Shown: positions 38,412 to 53,725, numbered from the stretch's first letter. The stretch: DNA of 64,000 nucleotides from Octopus vulgaris (GCA_951406725.2 OX597835.1:23622001-23686000), one strand, 5' to 3'. A program made the numbers and translations. Notes: a model not told the origin generated them from the letters alone.

Positions 38412-38833
38412 AAATATACACATGCGAACTTACTCAAACTCACACAAACACACTCAAACTCACATACAAATTCACACACACATGCACAAACTTACACATA
38501 CACAAACACAACATACAAAGAGACACGTACACAAATACACATATACACACACACGCAAACACCAACGAAATCACGTCCTCATAAGAAAGCCTGACTTTCT
38601 TTTCAGAAAGAATGTTTTGTTAAAGGATTATTACAAAAGAATCGAACATATTTAATCACTGATTAGCATTTCTAATAAATAATTTATTTTGTGCATAAAA
38701 AGATAACCAATTAAATAAATAGAACTATAAAATTTTAATTTTTAAAATTTAAAATTCTGTTTTGTGAATCTAAGATCGAAACGGAGAAAGCAGTTTTAAA
38801 TACTGTGGATTTACGTGTGTGTGTGTGTTTGTT

Positions 38834-38922
<89 letters not shown>

Positions 38923-39197
38923 TTATATGATTGGAAACGCGCGTACACACAACACACTCACACGTGTGTGTATTCGATTTTATAAAGGAGAAAGATCATT
39001 TTATGTATAAAGCGGAGGCTATCTTGTATATTATTGGAAGAGAATACTATCGGGTTACTCAAGGGCTCAGAGTTTCGTGTTAAATCATCAAACTCTATCT
39101 CGGCTAATAAATAACTGTGCGTGTGTATGTGTGTATGTAAATATGTCTGTCTGTCTATCTGTCGGTCTGTCTGTCTGTCTGTCTGCCTGTCTCTGGG

Positions 39198-39346
39198 TTA
39201 AGGCTACCATTGGTTTCATGTTAAGAGAGAAATCTCTTAACAGTTATCAAGCCTTCCACATGGAACATAGTTCGGAATGTTCCATGTGACAGGATTAATA
39301 ATTGTAAAGGGATTTCTCTTTAACATGAAACCAACGGTAGCCTTAA
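39198..39346. mobile_element. Palindromic MITE with TTAA TSD and GG termini (Kolobok-like)
   Basis: TTAA-GGCTACCATTGGTTTCATGTTAAGAGAGAAATC...GATTTCTCTTTAACATGAAACCAACGGTAGCC-TTAA. Confidence 0.7.
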
Positions 39347-40399
39347 TCCATAAATAATCTTTATCCACCAATGTGGTGTTCGATATTAACACACAAACGC
39401 ACGCACTCCCCCACAGGGTTGAACAGAAAGAACACAAGGAGAATGAGACGAAAGCAGAGCAAACGGGAAACTAGAGGAAAACTTAACGGACGGGAAATTT
39501 AGACAAAGACACGATACACGAATATGCTTACATTAACATATAGATAACATATATGCTTACATTAACATATCGAACAGTGAGAATGAGTGCTCAACATCGC
39601 ATTAGTGGATAAATATTCTTTGTATGTAAGTTAACAAGACTACCATTGGTTTCGCACCGAGAGAAATCTTAGCAATTATCAAATCTGCCATATTGGGACG
39701 TTACTGTTCGCTTCCATCTTGGATGAAAACACAAGGAAGTGTTATTCTTTTACTTGTTTCAGTCATTAGACTGTGGCCATGCTGGGGCACCGTCTTGAAT
39801 CTTAGCCAAACGAATCAACCTATTCTTTAAGCTTAGTATTTATTCTTTCTGTCTCTTTCGCCGATTTGCTAAGAACGGGAACATAAACACACCAACACTG
39901 GTGTTTAGGAGTTGGTGAGGGACCAACACTCCCCTCACCCTCACACATGTACGGTGGGCTTCTTTCGGTCCCCGTCTGCCAAATCCACTCAAAAGGCTTT
40001 GGTCGGGCCGAGGCTATCGTAGAAGACGCCGAAGTTGTCACGCAGAGGGACTGAACCTGGAACCATGTGATTCGGAAGCAAACGTCTTATGCCTGCGCCT
40101 ATATTCTTACCATAATGTATGAGAGACATGAAGTTCCTAGTTACTTAATTAAGAAAACCATAATTATTCAATAAAATAACTCGAAAATGTTATAATGTAG
40201 ACTAGAGCGGCAAGCTGGCAGAATCGTTAGCACGCCGGGAAAAATGCTCAGCGACATTTCGTTCGTCTTCGTGTTCTGAGCTCAATTCCTGCCGAGGTTG
40301 ACTTTGCCTTTCATCCTTTCGTGGTCGAGTACTGGGTTCGATGTAATCGACATAATCCCTCCCCGATCTTGCTGGACTTGTGCCAAAATTTGAAACCAA

Positions 40400-40742
40400 T
40401 ATAATATTGTAGACTAAATATTATGGCTCTAAAAGTGAACCATGCGTTTCTGGTTGCTCTTAGGCCCTCGTCAGGAGCACAGGACAATATTGCATTTATT
40501 TAAGTTGGGTTAGGTTCATTGAGCCAATATTAAAATCTCTCTCTCTCTATATATATATATATATTTATACCGGAGTAAGCACATAAATGTGAAACAAGGT
40601 GGAAAAAAGAGTACTCAAATACCAGAGGTAGAGTAATTTTTAAAGGTGTATCCTTTAACTAGTTTTGATCAAATTGTTATTTCACGGGAACGTGAAACTC
40701 TGAGTAACAGCTTTTGTTATATTTCTGCTGCTTTTAGATAAA

Positions 40743-40795
<53 letters not shown>

Positions 40796-40930
40796 TTCCA
40801 TAGAGTTTAGTCTACTTATTAAATACAATATTGTGCTTCTGACGAGGGCCTAAAAGTAATCTGAAAAGCACAATTCACTTTTAGAACTATAATATTCAAC
40901 GGAAACTCTATTCAATCTACATTATATTAT
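40400..40930. mobile_element. Inverted pair of Penelope-like fragments with CTGACGA...GAAA hammerhead-like cores, enclosing another (TA)n-flanked fragment
   Basis: Minus 40441-40480: GTGCTC-CTGACGA-GGGCCTAAGAGCAACCA-GAAACGCATG; plus 40833-40875: GTGCTT-CTGACGA-GGGCCTAAAAGTAATCT-GAAAAGCAC. Confidence 0.5.
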
Positions 40931-42039
40931 TGAGTTATTTTATATACCCAATATATAAGTTTAATGATATATACTTGAGAAACAGAACTTAATTGTCTAT
41001 CTATCTACTTACCTACATATATATTTGGTTGAAAAGTTACACAAGTGATTCAAGGTTTGGGGAGTTTCGTGTCTGGCATTATATGTGTGTGTGTGTGTGT
41101 ACGCATATATTTATATATACAAATACACATCTTTCTTTGAGCCCTCAACTCCGTAAGAAATCGTTGAGATGCTCTAGTGAAACAGCATGTTTGGGGCATT
41201 TGAAGTTAGCACGGAGAGCCCATCCCTCTCTGGGTTACAATTTACATACATATTAAAAAACAAACAAAACAGAAGAAACAGTTAACTTATAAAACTAAAA
41301 GAACTATAGCAAACTGTAATGACGAATATATTGACACGTTTGTATATTTTTGCATTCTCTTTACTTCTACTATGTATAATATTCTTCTCCAGACAAGACA
41401 TATCTTACCTGCCGACGAAGTAACGACACTAACTCTGCGTGGTCGCCAGACCTGCTAATAGCGCCAAATGTCTATCAGTGTACTGTCTTAAAAATAAAAG
41501 GACTCACTAGATAACAGGGACCTTAGGATAATATAGCTGAACCCTTCCTCCCTCACAAAAAAAAAAAAAAATTAAGGCAGGATAATCACGATTGGAACGC
41601 CTTTAGGTATAGGTTTGATCAATCAATACTTGGGGTTAAACAACGACGGCAACCTATCTATCTATCCATCTATCCATCTATCTATCTATCTATCCGACGT
41701 CCCTGTCTTATCCATCTATACCCATCTCTCCCTCTCTGTCTCTGTCTCTCTCTCTCTGGCCTTTGTCTTTCCGTTCTCTTCTTTCTCTATCTTTTTCTAC
41801 ATACAAACGTACATATGTCTAAATCATACGCGCATTTTACATCTTTTATACGTGACGGAAAGCAAGAGAGTTTGAATATTTATAATCAATTCAACGTATG
41901 TGAAATTTGTTCTTTGCTTCCTGTTTTCATCCAATATCTCTCTGTATACTCCTAAAAATTCATACTTTTTCTTTCTTGCATTTTTCCGTTTTAATTTTTC
42001 CTTCCTTCACTTGGTCTCCTTGTCTTGATATACATAAGT

Positions 42040-42072
<33 letters not shown>

Positions 42073-42681
42073 GATATATTTGTATTAAATATATATTCTT
42101 TATGCATTTTAGTTGCATCTGACATATTGTGTGACCTTGGATGTATGTGCATGCATGGTAACGGGAGTGCTTTTAATGTGCAGCTTGCCTGTATTTTCCG
42201 TTGGAATTTTGGTGGTCGCCAAGACACGAGCTTGTAGAGATAGGTGCATAGAGAGAAAGAGAGAGGCAAAAGACTGAGTCACACACGCGCGTGCGCGCAC
42301 GCACACACACACGCACACTTGCACACTTGCACACCCGCACACGTACGCACATTTACAAAGGTAGAGTTGTATAAAGAGAGAGAGAGAGATAGAGAGAGAT
42401 TTGGAGGATGTCTGTAGATAGTTAGAGAGAAGAGCATAAGAGACTCAGAGAGAGAAAAAGTGAGAGAAAGAGGAGACAGAACAGTGTAGATATATAGAGT
42501 GAAAGAAGACAAAATCAGAAAGGATGAGAGGGAGAGAGAGAGAGAGAGAGAGAAAGAAAGGTAAAGAGAAAGAAAGAGCGACATAGCTGCGCGCACGCGC
42601 GTATATATATATATGTATGTATATATATATATATATCTATCTCTCTCTCTTTATATATATACATACATACATACACACATA

Positions 42682-42743
<62 letters not shown>

Positions 42744-43461
42744 GTGTAGATAGATGAATAGACAGAGGGAGGAAGGAGAGTTAGAGAGTTGAATACACAA
42801 TGAGAAAGTGTGAGTGGAGAGCGAGAGAGAAAGAGACTGAAAGCTGAAGAGATTGAATAGATAGATAGCGAGAGTAAAACAGAGAGAGAGAGAGAGTCGA
42901 ATAGATGTAGAGAGAGTGATAGTGGAGCGAGAGAGAGAAAGAGCGAGAGAGACAGACAGACAGTTGAATAGATAGACAGAGAGAGTGAGAGTGGAGCGAG
43001 AGAGAGATAGTCAGAAAGCCATCGTTTTGCCGGCAGATTGCTCCTGTTTGTTGGTGGTGCGTACGTGTCTGTTTTCTATTATTATTGGTCTCTATTATAT
43101 ATTTATTCACCTACATCAAACACTTCATTCATTGCTCTTTATTATTTACTGTTCAGCTCATTAATGTCTATTAATTAACCAGGGTGGTGGAAAACTCTGA
43201 TTTTAATTTAATAAGCTATCTTGGATTTTAAAATTTCTCCCGTTGCCTCAACATTTTTCGGTCCATTTGGATAAATAATATGGATGTGGAAATAGATATA
43301 TGGATGTTATTAACCAGTTTTTGTTCTTACACAAACTTAAATTCCATGCCTCTTTCTATTCTACAGCTCCTGTAATTATATACTCACTTTTATTGTATAC
43401 ACAAAAAACATAGAGAGAGAAAGAGAGAGAGAGACACCTAACGCATATATAAGCATCTTAC

Positions 43462-43830
<369 letters not shown>

Positions 43831-43917
43831 ATTCAACACGGACGCTATGCATGTATAAACACATACACACAACCCCTACACCAACTCATTCTATGCATAT
43901 ATAAACACCCTTTTATA

Positions 43918-43963
<46 letters not shown>

Positions 43964-44057
43964 TAAGAAACAGCTCCAAAACAAATTTATATATATATGT
44001 ATTTGTAAATGCACACACATGCATGTATGCTGTGTGGATGTGTCTGCGTGTGTGATT

Positions 44058-44106
<49 letters not shown>

Positions 44107-46530
44107 CATACATACATATATATATACACACTACACACACTCACGCACACATGTATGTGAGCGAGTGTGTGTAAGTGTATGTGTGTCTTAAGACTCTTGA
44201 CAACAACCAGGTCTGACTCACGTTGCTTTCACCCTATCTTATTTAGAATTTGAATTATGATAATCTGGAATTATGATAATCTTCAAGAATATTAATGAAA
44301 GCTGTCAGGCTGTTTGTTATATTATTACACTGGGCTGTTGGAACGTGTTCCTACAAAAGACATATATGTAGAATTATAATGATAATAACGATAGTAGTAA
44401 TGATGATAATACGAATAATAATTATGATGGTGATGACCGTGGTATTATCTCATTCTTCCAAATTCTGAATGGTGACGGGGGAATCGGAGGTGGTTTTGAT
44501 TATTTTTGTATATGTCGGTTCTAGATTTTCTTTCCTCCTTGTTTTTCCTTAACAAAACAAACAATCGCTTTATTAGGTGAAAATGAAAATCACAGATTTA
44601 TAACCTTTTTTTCCCCTCTCTCCTTAGTTTTCCTTCTATTTGTCTCGGTCTTAAACCAAACCAATAACTCTTTATTCAGAGACAGACTTCATTCACACAG
44701 TAAGGAGAATAAACAAACAGTAAAAAAACTACGATGATTAATAAATAGCTTCCTTCTTTCTTTTTAATATATGGACACAAAGACTCTACGATATGTATGT
44801 ACGGTCTTCATTGTCTTTCTTTCCTTCGAACGAAGGCTTTCAGCTATTGTAGAGGGAAAGAAATGGCTTATTAAAATGGAATGGAAACCGGGTCGCGGAG
44901 TCGGTTCGCCGGGAGTTTACCGTGTACTGTACAGTCGTATAAATACTCCTTTCTATTGTTCTTTCAAATAATGCTCGAAGAATTGAATAACAGTGGCTGC
45001 TGGGATAGATTCGATCGGCAATATCCCTCTCCTCCTTTTTTTTCTATTATTATTACTCTCCTTATGTAAATAATATAATAAAGTTCCCCGGTAAGCCGAC
45101 TGACTCCATGATCCGGTCTCTACGTTCTGCTGTAAGGTAGGGAGAGATGGCTCCGTTTCACGTTGCTTCCCGCTAAACATCTCGGGCTTCATACTTATGT
45201 AAGAAGCCACGAAGAAGAAAAAAAAAAGAAAAGAGGAAAAAGCAAGTGGCGTTTAATCGTCGTGACTTGCTGATGAAATTTCCCGAGTTCTATTTACTCC
45301 GCGAGCCGGTTTCGATTCCTGGTGGCATCCACTTTGGTGTGTTCGCCGCGTTACTGTTAACTAATTCTTGCGAGTAACATTCGTCGCCCACGTTCGAATC
45401 CCCAATGGAGCTTTATTTTACGATGTTTCAAGACGAAGCTGTCTGGATAAGCATGAATGCCACTGTTTTACTTTTTCTCTCGCTCCCTCTTGAATTAAGC
45501 TGGCTCTAATTTTCTTTGGGAAATCACAATGCCTTTAATTGTCTTTTCCCTTTAAACTTCATTCGAAAGGATGTGTGCAAAAAAATACACTCAACTGGCT
45601 CGTACTTCTTTAGGAGTTTAAATCTCTCATCTTCCTGAGGATGGAGTCTGCTTTGTCGGTTTTTTAATTTTTTTATCATGGATAAAATGAAGTATGTGGT
45701 CGATCGCTCAATCTTGTACAAAACAGAAACCTAATTCACCTAAACGTCATTTTTCTTTTCCCCCCCCTAATGCAGGATGGTCGCCGCTGGAACGGCTACG
45801 ATCGCAGGTCTGCTTCATCAAAACCGGCCTGTTAGATACCAGTAATATACTGTGACTATTGAATCGGTTATAGAAGCCCTCCCTCGTTTCCGTTTATGAA
45901 GAAAGACCAGCCTTGAGCCTCGTCTACTTCAGAAGATTGTGATGCTAATGTCTGACTTAACAGACGCGAGCCATTCCAGATCTTTATAGCAGATCTTTAA
46001 TGAGAGAAATGATGTGGCGTTCGTGACATGGCCTCTTTTTCTTTTAATTGTTTTAATATTAATTTATATTAGGCATTATTAATAAGTGAATTAAAATTAA
46101 ATATATTTTCTCTCTTCCTACTGAGTGAAGCGAACTCGTGTTGTCGCGCAGATGGCATTCGTTTCGAAGTGACGGGATGGAGGATTTCATTTCGCTCTTT
46201 TCTCTCATTCGTCTTTTAAAATGTGTTGTGGAAACGGAGAGGCAAGCAGGATGATGTGGTGTTCATCGCAGTTAATTGTGAAAGAAATTCATCCGTAACA
46301 CGACTCTACCCGTTCGCGGAAGCCGAAGCATGCAGAGACGTGCGCGCGCGCGCGAACACACATACATTATATAATATGTATGCACATATGCATGCATGCA
46401 TGCATGTATGTATGTTATAGATGAATATATGTATACACCGTCAGAGATGCATTGTGCCTGTAAAACACAGATATATATACATGTATCTATAGCACAAGTA
46501 TATACATGTATGTATGTATGTGTGTGTATG

Positions 46531-46616
<86 letters not shown>

Positions 46617-46924
46617 GGTACGTACGCCGCTATATATATATATATAGATAGATAGATACACACACATATATATATATATATAGATAGATACACATATATA
46701 TATATAGAGATAGATAGATAGATACACATATATATATATAGATAGATAGATACACATATATATATATATAGAGAGAGAGAGATACATATATATATATATA
46801 TATATAGATAGATAGATACACATATGTATATATATATAGAGAGAGAGAGCGAGATGTATATATATAAATACATTGGTACACACACACACACACACACATT
46901 TATAGTCTATGTGAGACATGTGCC

Positions 46925-46955
<31 letters not shown>

Positions 46956-47419
46956 AACGAAAGAAATCTAGTCTGTTTTATTGAATTATGAAATATTTCC
47001 TTATTCATTCATATCGAACTGTCAGTATTGTATCTGTCCGTATGTGCACATATATATATGTGTGTGTCTCTCTGTCATATATGTGTATATATATATACAC
47101 ATGCATATAGTTCTATCTATGTTCTCTAATGGTGCTATATATATATATATATAGATAGATAGATAATGTGTCCGTCCGTCGCTGTCCATGTCATTCATTT
47201 GCAATGATTTCAGCTCTGTTATGACATTTCTCTCAACTAAATCTTTTTGTTATTAATCAATGATGTCAACATACTACTATCCTAATCTCTCTCTCTCTCT
47301 CTCTCACACATATATACACACTCTTTCTCTCTCGTATTGTATGTGACAGTGCATCTGTGTGTGTGTGTGTGTGTGTGTGTACACACACACATACAGAGAG
47401 AGTTTAACTCTACGTATAT

Positions 47420-47424
47420 ATAAC

Positions 47425-47457
<33 letters not shown>

Positions 47458-47760
47458 AATATATATATAGTTTGGTTGTGTATGTATGTATGCATGCAAA
47501 CATATAATGAATGTATGTATATATATATACATGGATGCTATATATGTACATAAATATATATAGTATGTATATATATATGATGTATGTATATATATATGTG
47601 TTGTATGTATATATAGTATGTATGTATATAGTATGTATATACATACTATATATATAATAGTATGTATGTATATATATATATATATACTAAATATATATAG
47701 TATGTATGTATATAGTATATACATACTATATATATATATAGTATGTATATATATTGTATG

Positions 47761-47797
<37 letters not shown>

Positions 47798-47832
47798 TGT
47801 ATATATAATGTATGTATATATAATGTATGTAT

Positions 47833-47866
<34 letters not shown>

Positions 47867-48090
47867 AGTATGTATGTATATATGTGTATATATAGCATGT
47901 GTGTATGTATATATGTATATATAGCATGTGTGTATGTATATATATAGTTTAAATCTGTGTGTGTATATATATAAGTATATATATGTATGTATGTATGTAT
48001 ATGTAGAGAGAGAGAAAGACAGACATACAGACGTACATTTGATATCTGTGTGCATGTATATCTATGTATATAATGTGTGTGTGTGTGTCT
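47420..48090. repeat. Degenerate (TA)/(TATG) low-complexity tract
   Basis: Visible directly. Confidence 0.9.
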
Positions 48091-48129
48091 GCGTGTATAC
48101 ATTGGTGTGCGCAGGCTAAGGGGGTGAAA

Positions 48130-48275
48130 GGGTAGCGTTGCTAAAGACCCGGAGAATCAAAACGGACAAATGAACCCAGCAGAGGTTCAGCGGTTGTCTA
48201 GCAACAACACACAACAGTGCAGGTGGATTAAGACTCCTATAAAAAGCACTTGTGTCAGCCCCGTTAGCCTGGTGT
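48130..48275 (+). promoter_or_regulatory. Candidate TATA promoter with RFX X-box
   Basis: GTTGTCTAGCAAC at 48193-48205, half site GTTGCTA at ~48137, E-box CAGGTG, CCTATAAAAAG at 48236-48246, in unique sequence. Confidence 0.45.
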
Positions 48276-48410
48276 TATACTGGCACAGTTAAATACTAGG
48301 GTCGGTCTCTGGTGTTGAATAAATCAATCCGTTGGCAAATATATAGTTGCTTCGTACTCGTGGCCGACAAATATATTCAAGAAATGGCAAACCCCTACAA
48401 GCACCAACCC

Positions 48411-48447
<37 letters not shown>

Positions 48448-48561
48448 TGTGGTTTTACTGGGATCTCCTTTTAAGTAGAAAGAATAGCCATAACTCTTTG
48501 ACTGCTATTTCTAAATTCGGTGTGTGGTGAGGCAAATCGTTGCTAAACCCTTAATTACTTA

Positions 48562-48615
<54 letters not shown>

Positions 48616-49129
48616 GCACACATATATTGCGGGGGCGTATAATTACTCAGATTTGTGCCTGGGCACTCAGTAAAACCATTTGCGTAAAAAAAAAAAAGGA
48701 TACCAAAATGAAACCCTAAATCTTTACTGACTGGTGAATATCCTTTTATTGCAGTGCTGTATAAGAAGGTCCATGCCTTCCGATAGAAGGCCTGGGGTCG
48801 ACGTAATAGTTTCCGGTCATCCTGCTCTTGCTTATCGCTGGATATTTTTAACTATGGATACATACTTAAGAGCCTGGCGTACATGTCGAACCAGTGTATG
48901 CTACTTGCTATATATATATGTATATATATGTATATATATGTATATATATGCGTGTGTATGTGTGTATAAAATCCAATGATGTCTGTCATGAGACGGCTAT
49001 CGTTCGACAAGATGTAGTCACTTTGTCTTCTGTCTCTCTACCTACCTATATAACTATCGCTTTGTCTGTCTATCTTTCTATCTGTCTGGCCGTCTGTATA
49101 TCTGTCTGTGTATCAGTCCCTCTATTTTT

Positions 49130-49665
<536 letters not shown>

Positions 49666-50318
49666 TAATCTCATCTGTGTGTGTGTGAGTGTGTGTGTGT
49701 GTGTGTGTGTGCGTACACATTTTGCTATCATCACCTGTTTCACGATACCATGTCGGCTTGACGCCTCTTAACCGTTTTACATTTGTACTAATTTTATAAT
49801 TTGTCTCTTGTCTCAACACACATTTATTCATCCACTCTCTGTCTAAAACATCTCTTTTCTACCTGTCTAACAACCTTTCTTTCCCTCACTCATTGTGCAA
49901 ATTGTGTGTGTTGGCTGGGGGTATGTGGAAATATATATAATTCACCCTCTTAACACCACTGTCTGTCAGACTCCACATTATCTTTCTGATTGTCTTTCTC
50001 TTTCTCTATTATTAAGAGCACACAGAAGCGACACTCACCTGTTACAGTAAATCCTCTTTGCCTAATTGCTTTATTAAATCATTCACAATGTATTTTCTTT
50101 AAATTTAAACTCTTTGAGTAAAGTGAAAGCAAAAAAAAAAAACGCCAATTCAGACATGTACTCGCGCACGCGCTTATATGCTCACACGACTTCATCACCA
50201 CAGGCATATATTTTCACATAAACACACACACACGATCACAGAAACAGTTTTCCATTCACACACATACATATCCGGAGAGAGAGAGAAATCAGAAACACAC
50301 ACACACACCGCACACACG

Positions 50319-50358
<40 letters not shown>

Positions 50359-50606
50359 GACGAGAGACTAGAAACTCACATTCTCAGACACTGTCAACAT
50401 ACTTACATCAACGGATATGCGCACACTCACCCAATCCCAGGTATATACAGGCGTACAACATGTGATGGTGGCAACGGACACAACCAAGGTACTTTATGTT
50501 CCTTGTTGGAACGGCTTCAGTTCTCCATGAAGTCTCAAATGAAAAGCACGGAAGCCACTATCTGAAGTCTCACGTGTATCTACAGAAATCGTACATCAAT
50601 ATATTT

Positions 50607-50646
<40 letters not shown>

Positions 50647-51086
50647 AAGAAAATTTAACGTAGCACTTAGTATTTTTTAGAATTTCCAACTTTTCTTTGA
50701 ATCTGACATTAAATCTCGCCCGGTTGCTCAAGGCACCACGCCGTGGGGCTGAACCCGAAACAATGTGGTTGGGAAGCAAACTTCTTTACCGCACAGCCAA
50801 GTCTATAAATATAAAATCGGATGATATTTATCCAACGTTTCGTTCTTCCCACGCCTTTTAAAAAACGGTGGTGTGATTCGAAGGAATTTTGACTGCTGTT
50901 TTTAGCAGGTCGAGATACTACCTAAATAACGGTTCTCAATCTATTCTTTGTAAGGAACTTCTAGGTGCGCCACGGAATTTCAAAAGTACAAATTTAAGGC
51001 TTCAGAAAATCCATATTAAATTGCTTGAATGTCTTGAAAAACCTGTTTTATGTAATTTCGTTAGAGGTAGGTATGTTAAATGAAAT

Positions 51087-51252
51087 GAGTGGCTGTGTAG
51101 TAAGTAGCTTGCTTACCAACCACATGGTTCCGGGTTCAGTCCCACTGCGTGGCACCTTGGGTTTTAGTGTCTTCTACTATAGACTCGGGCCGACCAAAGC
51201 ATTGTGAGTGGATTTGGTAGACAGAAACTGAAAGAAGCCCATCGTATATATG

Positions 51253-51311
<59 letters not shown>

Positions 51312-51528
51312 GTGTGTGTGTGTTTATGTGTCTGTGTTTGTCCCCCTCCCCAACATCGCTGGACAACCGATGCTGTTGTGTTTACATCCCCGTAACTTAG
51401 CGGTTCGGCAAAAGAGACCGATAGAATAAGTACTAAACTTACAAAGAATAAGTCCTGGAGTCGATTTGCTCGACTAAAGGCGGTGCTCCAGCATGGCCAC
51501 AGTCAACTGACTGAAACAAGTAAAAGAC
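51087..51528 (+). mobile_element. SINE family A, full length
   Basis: Matches 31836-32235. Confidence 0.9.
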
Positions 51529-52550
51529 TCTTTTTGAGTAATAGTTTTCTATATTTTCTGGAATTTTAGCGTTAAAATAGTTTTTTCTTTTAAAACTTTC
51601 CGCATAAGCTGTACTAGTATTTTTTTACTTTATTTCTTTCAATTTTGCATTTGATCTCCAATCGCTTCGAAGTCGAGAGCATTAAGAACTTACTGATATA
51701 GCTGATTCGCCCTTCGTGGCTGTTAACATATGTTATTGAGAATCGATATCAAAAGCCCTAGTCTTCGGTGAAGCGACAGTTGTTAATGATAATTTTTCTC
51801 GTTTTTCCAATATCATTTTCCTTTCTCTTTCCCTATTTCCAACTTTCTTTATCTCTCGCACGTATCTCAAGTTTATGGTGTTCTCACTTCTCTTATCGCT
51901 TCTGTTGTTTAGTACATTGTAGGTGCCACCCTGCAGAGTCGGCCTCGGTCGCTTCTTTTCCATCTCTGGAAGAAAGGCTTGGTGTATTAAATAAACTTGG
52001 TGTATTAAATGAACTGTTTAAAGTTTATGTCACAACGTTATCTTTTCTTTCAGAAGAGCATGAACGTTGCAAAATCGCGTTTATATATATATATATATAC
52101 ACAAATGCGACATTGATTTTCACGGAAACTTTGGTTACCAAATACTTTTCTGGATCACTGATTTTCTCGAATCCGGAACGATCACCTTAATCAACATACT
52201 TTAAATTAAATATGAACTAGTTAATTGCAAGAGAAGCAGCATTAGTACTCAAGAGGCAATCTTTAAGTCCAACTTAACGTGAATGTTTCATTAGAACACT
52301 GACTACTTAGTATCCGCTGCTCTAGCAGAACATCCATGTTAAGTTGGACCTAAATATAAAATGTACTTGAATAATTAAATGAATTACAGGTACACGTACA
52401 TTGATGTAAACGATACAAGTTTATTAATACTATACTGTGCAAGGTACCAGTAAACTAACCTGGTAGCCGCGGGAATTTGAAGTTCCTGCTTGTAAATTGG
52501 TGTGATTATGAGAGGCACCGGAATGTTAGTGTCTGGCAAGTTGGTATTGT

Positions 52551-52577
<27 letters not shown>

Positions 52578-52585
<8 letters not shown>

Positions 52586-52793
52586 TACTAAAATGTTCCT
52601 GGCTTTAAGGGTGTCGCAAAAGGCCTGGTCGGAGACCCAATTTTCCGAGTTGTTTCACAAGTCTTAGAAAAACTGAAGGACCCTTGCAATAAGTGTGTGA
52701 ATCAGAGAGGGAAATATGTTCAATGAGATCATAACTGATCTTCCTGGATTTCCCTTTATCCCAAGCCAGGAACTTTTTTAGCATCCCATCGTA
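52578..52793. mobile_element. mariner-derived MITE
   Basis: TIR CGAGGGGGTACTAAAATGTTCCTGGC / GCCAGGAACTTTTTTAGCATCCCATCG-TA; internal remnant CNKCVNQRGKYVQ of the mariner C-terminus. Confidence 0.75.
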
Positions 52794-52812
52794 TGTGTGT
52801 GTGTGTGTAATG

Positions 52813-52881
<69 letters not shown>

Positions 52882-52885
<4 letters not shown>

Positions 52886-53684
52886 GTTCGGTGAATAAAC
52901 TGTCGTCTAAATTATGCAAAAATGAAAATAAAGCTGACATCTCATTTTAACATATATTTACCAAAAATATCTTGAAGTACTAAAGAGTAAATTTATTCAA
53001 TAAAATCGCCATTGGCTTCAACCAAGTCCTCCAGACGACTTCGCAATTTCCTGGATGGTCTCCTTGTTTTAAGTTGGTGAATGCTGCCATAATCCTTGCC
53101 TTCAGTTCAGTTACAAGGAGTTATGTTGGTCTCTCGCGTAACCGTGTCCCACACATAATAATGAAGGGGGTGGCGGTCTGGGGAGTTAGGTAACCAGATG
53201 TTAGGGGTGGTGTGGTCGCAGAAATTGTCTGACAGCCATGACTGGGTTCTCCTGCATGTGTGGTTTGGTGCAGATTCCTGTTGCCAGACATAGGGTCTTC
53301 CAGCAGCCACCCTTCTTGACCCAGGGTAGTACTACCTCCTCCACGCACTTGATCTATGCCTCGGTGTTGAGTGTGAGGCCGTGTGGGAAGATGAATGGAG
53401 GCATAACATCGCCATCACTAGTGATCACTCCAAGCACCATGATATTGACTGGATGTTTGATTCTTATCATTCTCAGTACATGTTCGTATTGGAGCTTCTG
53501 GCACGAATGCCAAGCAGTACAGCATATCGTTTCCAAATTTCTGGCAGAGTGAATTGCCTCATGGTGCTGTTTTTCTGATAGACGGTTCCCAACTGACCCT
53601 ACTATACTGTGTAGTCAACAGAATCAAAAACAGTGCGATGCGCGAAATTAAAAATATAAAATGGCGACAATTTACCTATCGCAC

Positions 53685-53688
<4 letters not shown>
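52882..53688 (-). pseudogene. Internally deleted DD37D (maT-type) Tc1/mariner element
   Basis: KHPVNIMVLGVITSDGDVMPPFIFPHGL and YVWQQESAPNHT...IWLPNSPDRHPLHYYVW; 37 residues between the second and third catalytic positions, now E and H; degenerate TIRs. Confidence 0.85.

Positions 53689-53725
<37 letters not shown>

Noticed and set aside
45370-45412. Possible tRNA gene (GTTCGAATCCC)
   Set aside because: No acceptor stem, D arm or poly-T terminator; all other tRNA-like sequences in the window are SINE heads.
45776-45842. Good acceptor followed by a GC-rich exon-like stretch
   Set aside because: Resembles the tail of the old dispersed repeat also seen at ~41577-41645 and ~2897-2970.
48268-48300. 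Hairpin just downstream of the TATA candidate, considered as a pre-miRNA
   Set aside because: Only ~33 nt and no match to conserved miRNAs I recall; no conserved miRNA recognised anywhere in the window.
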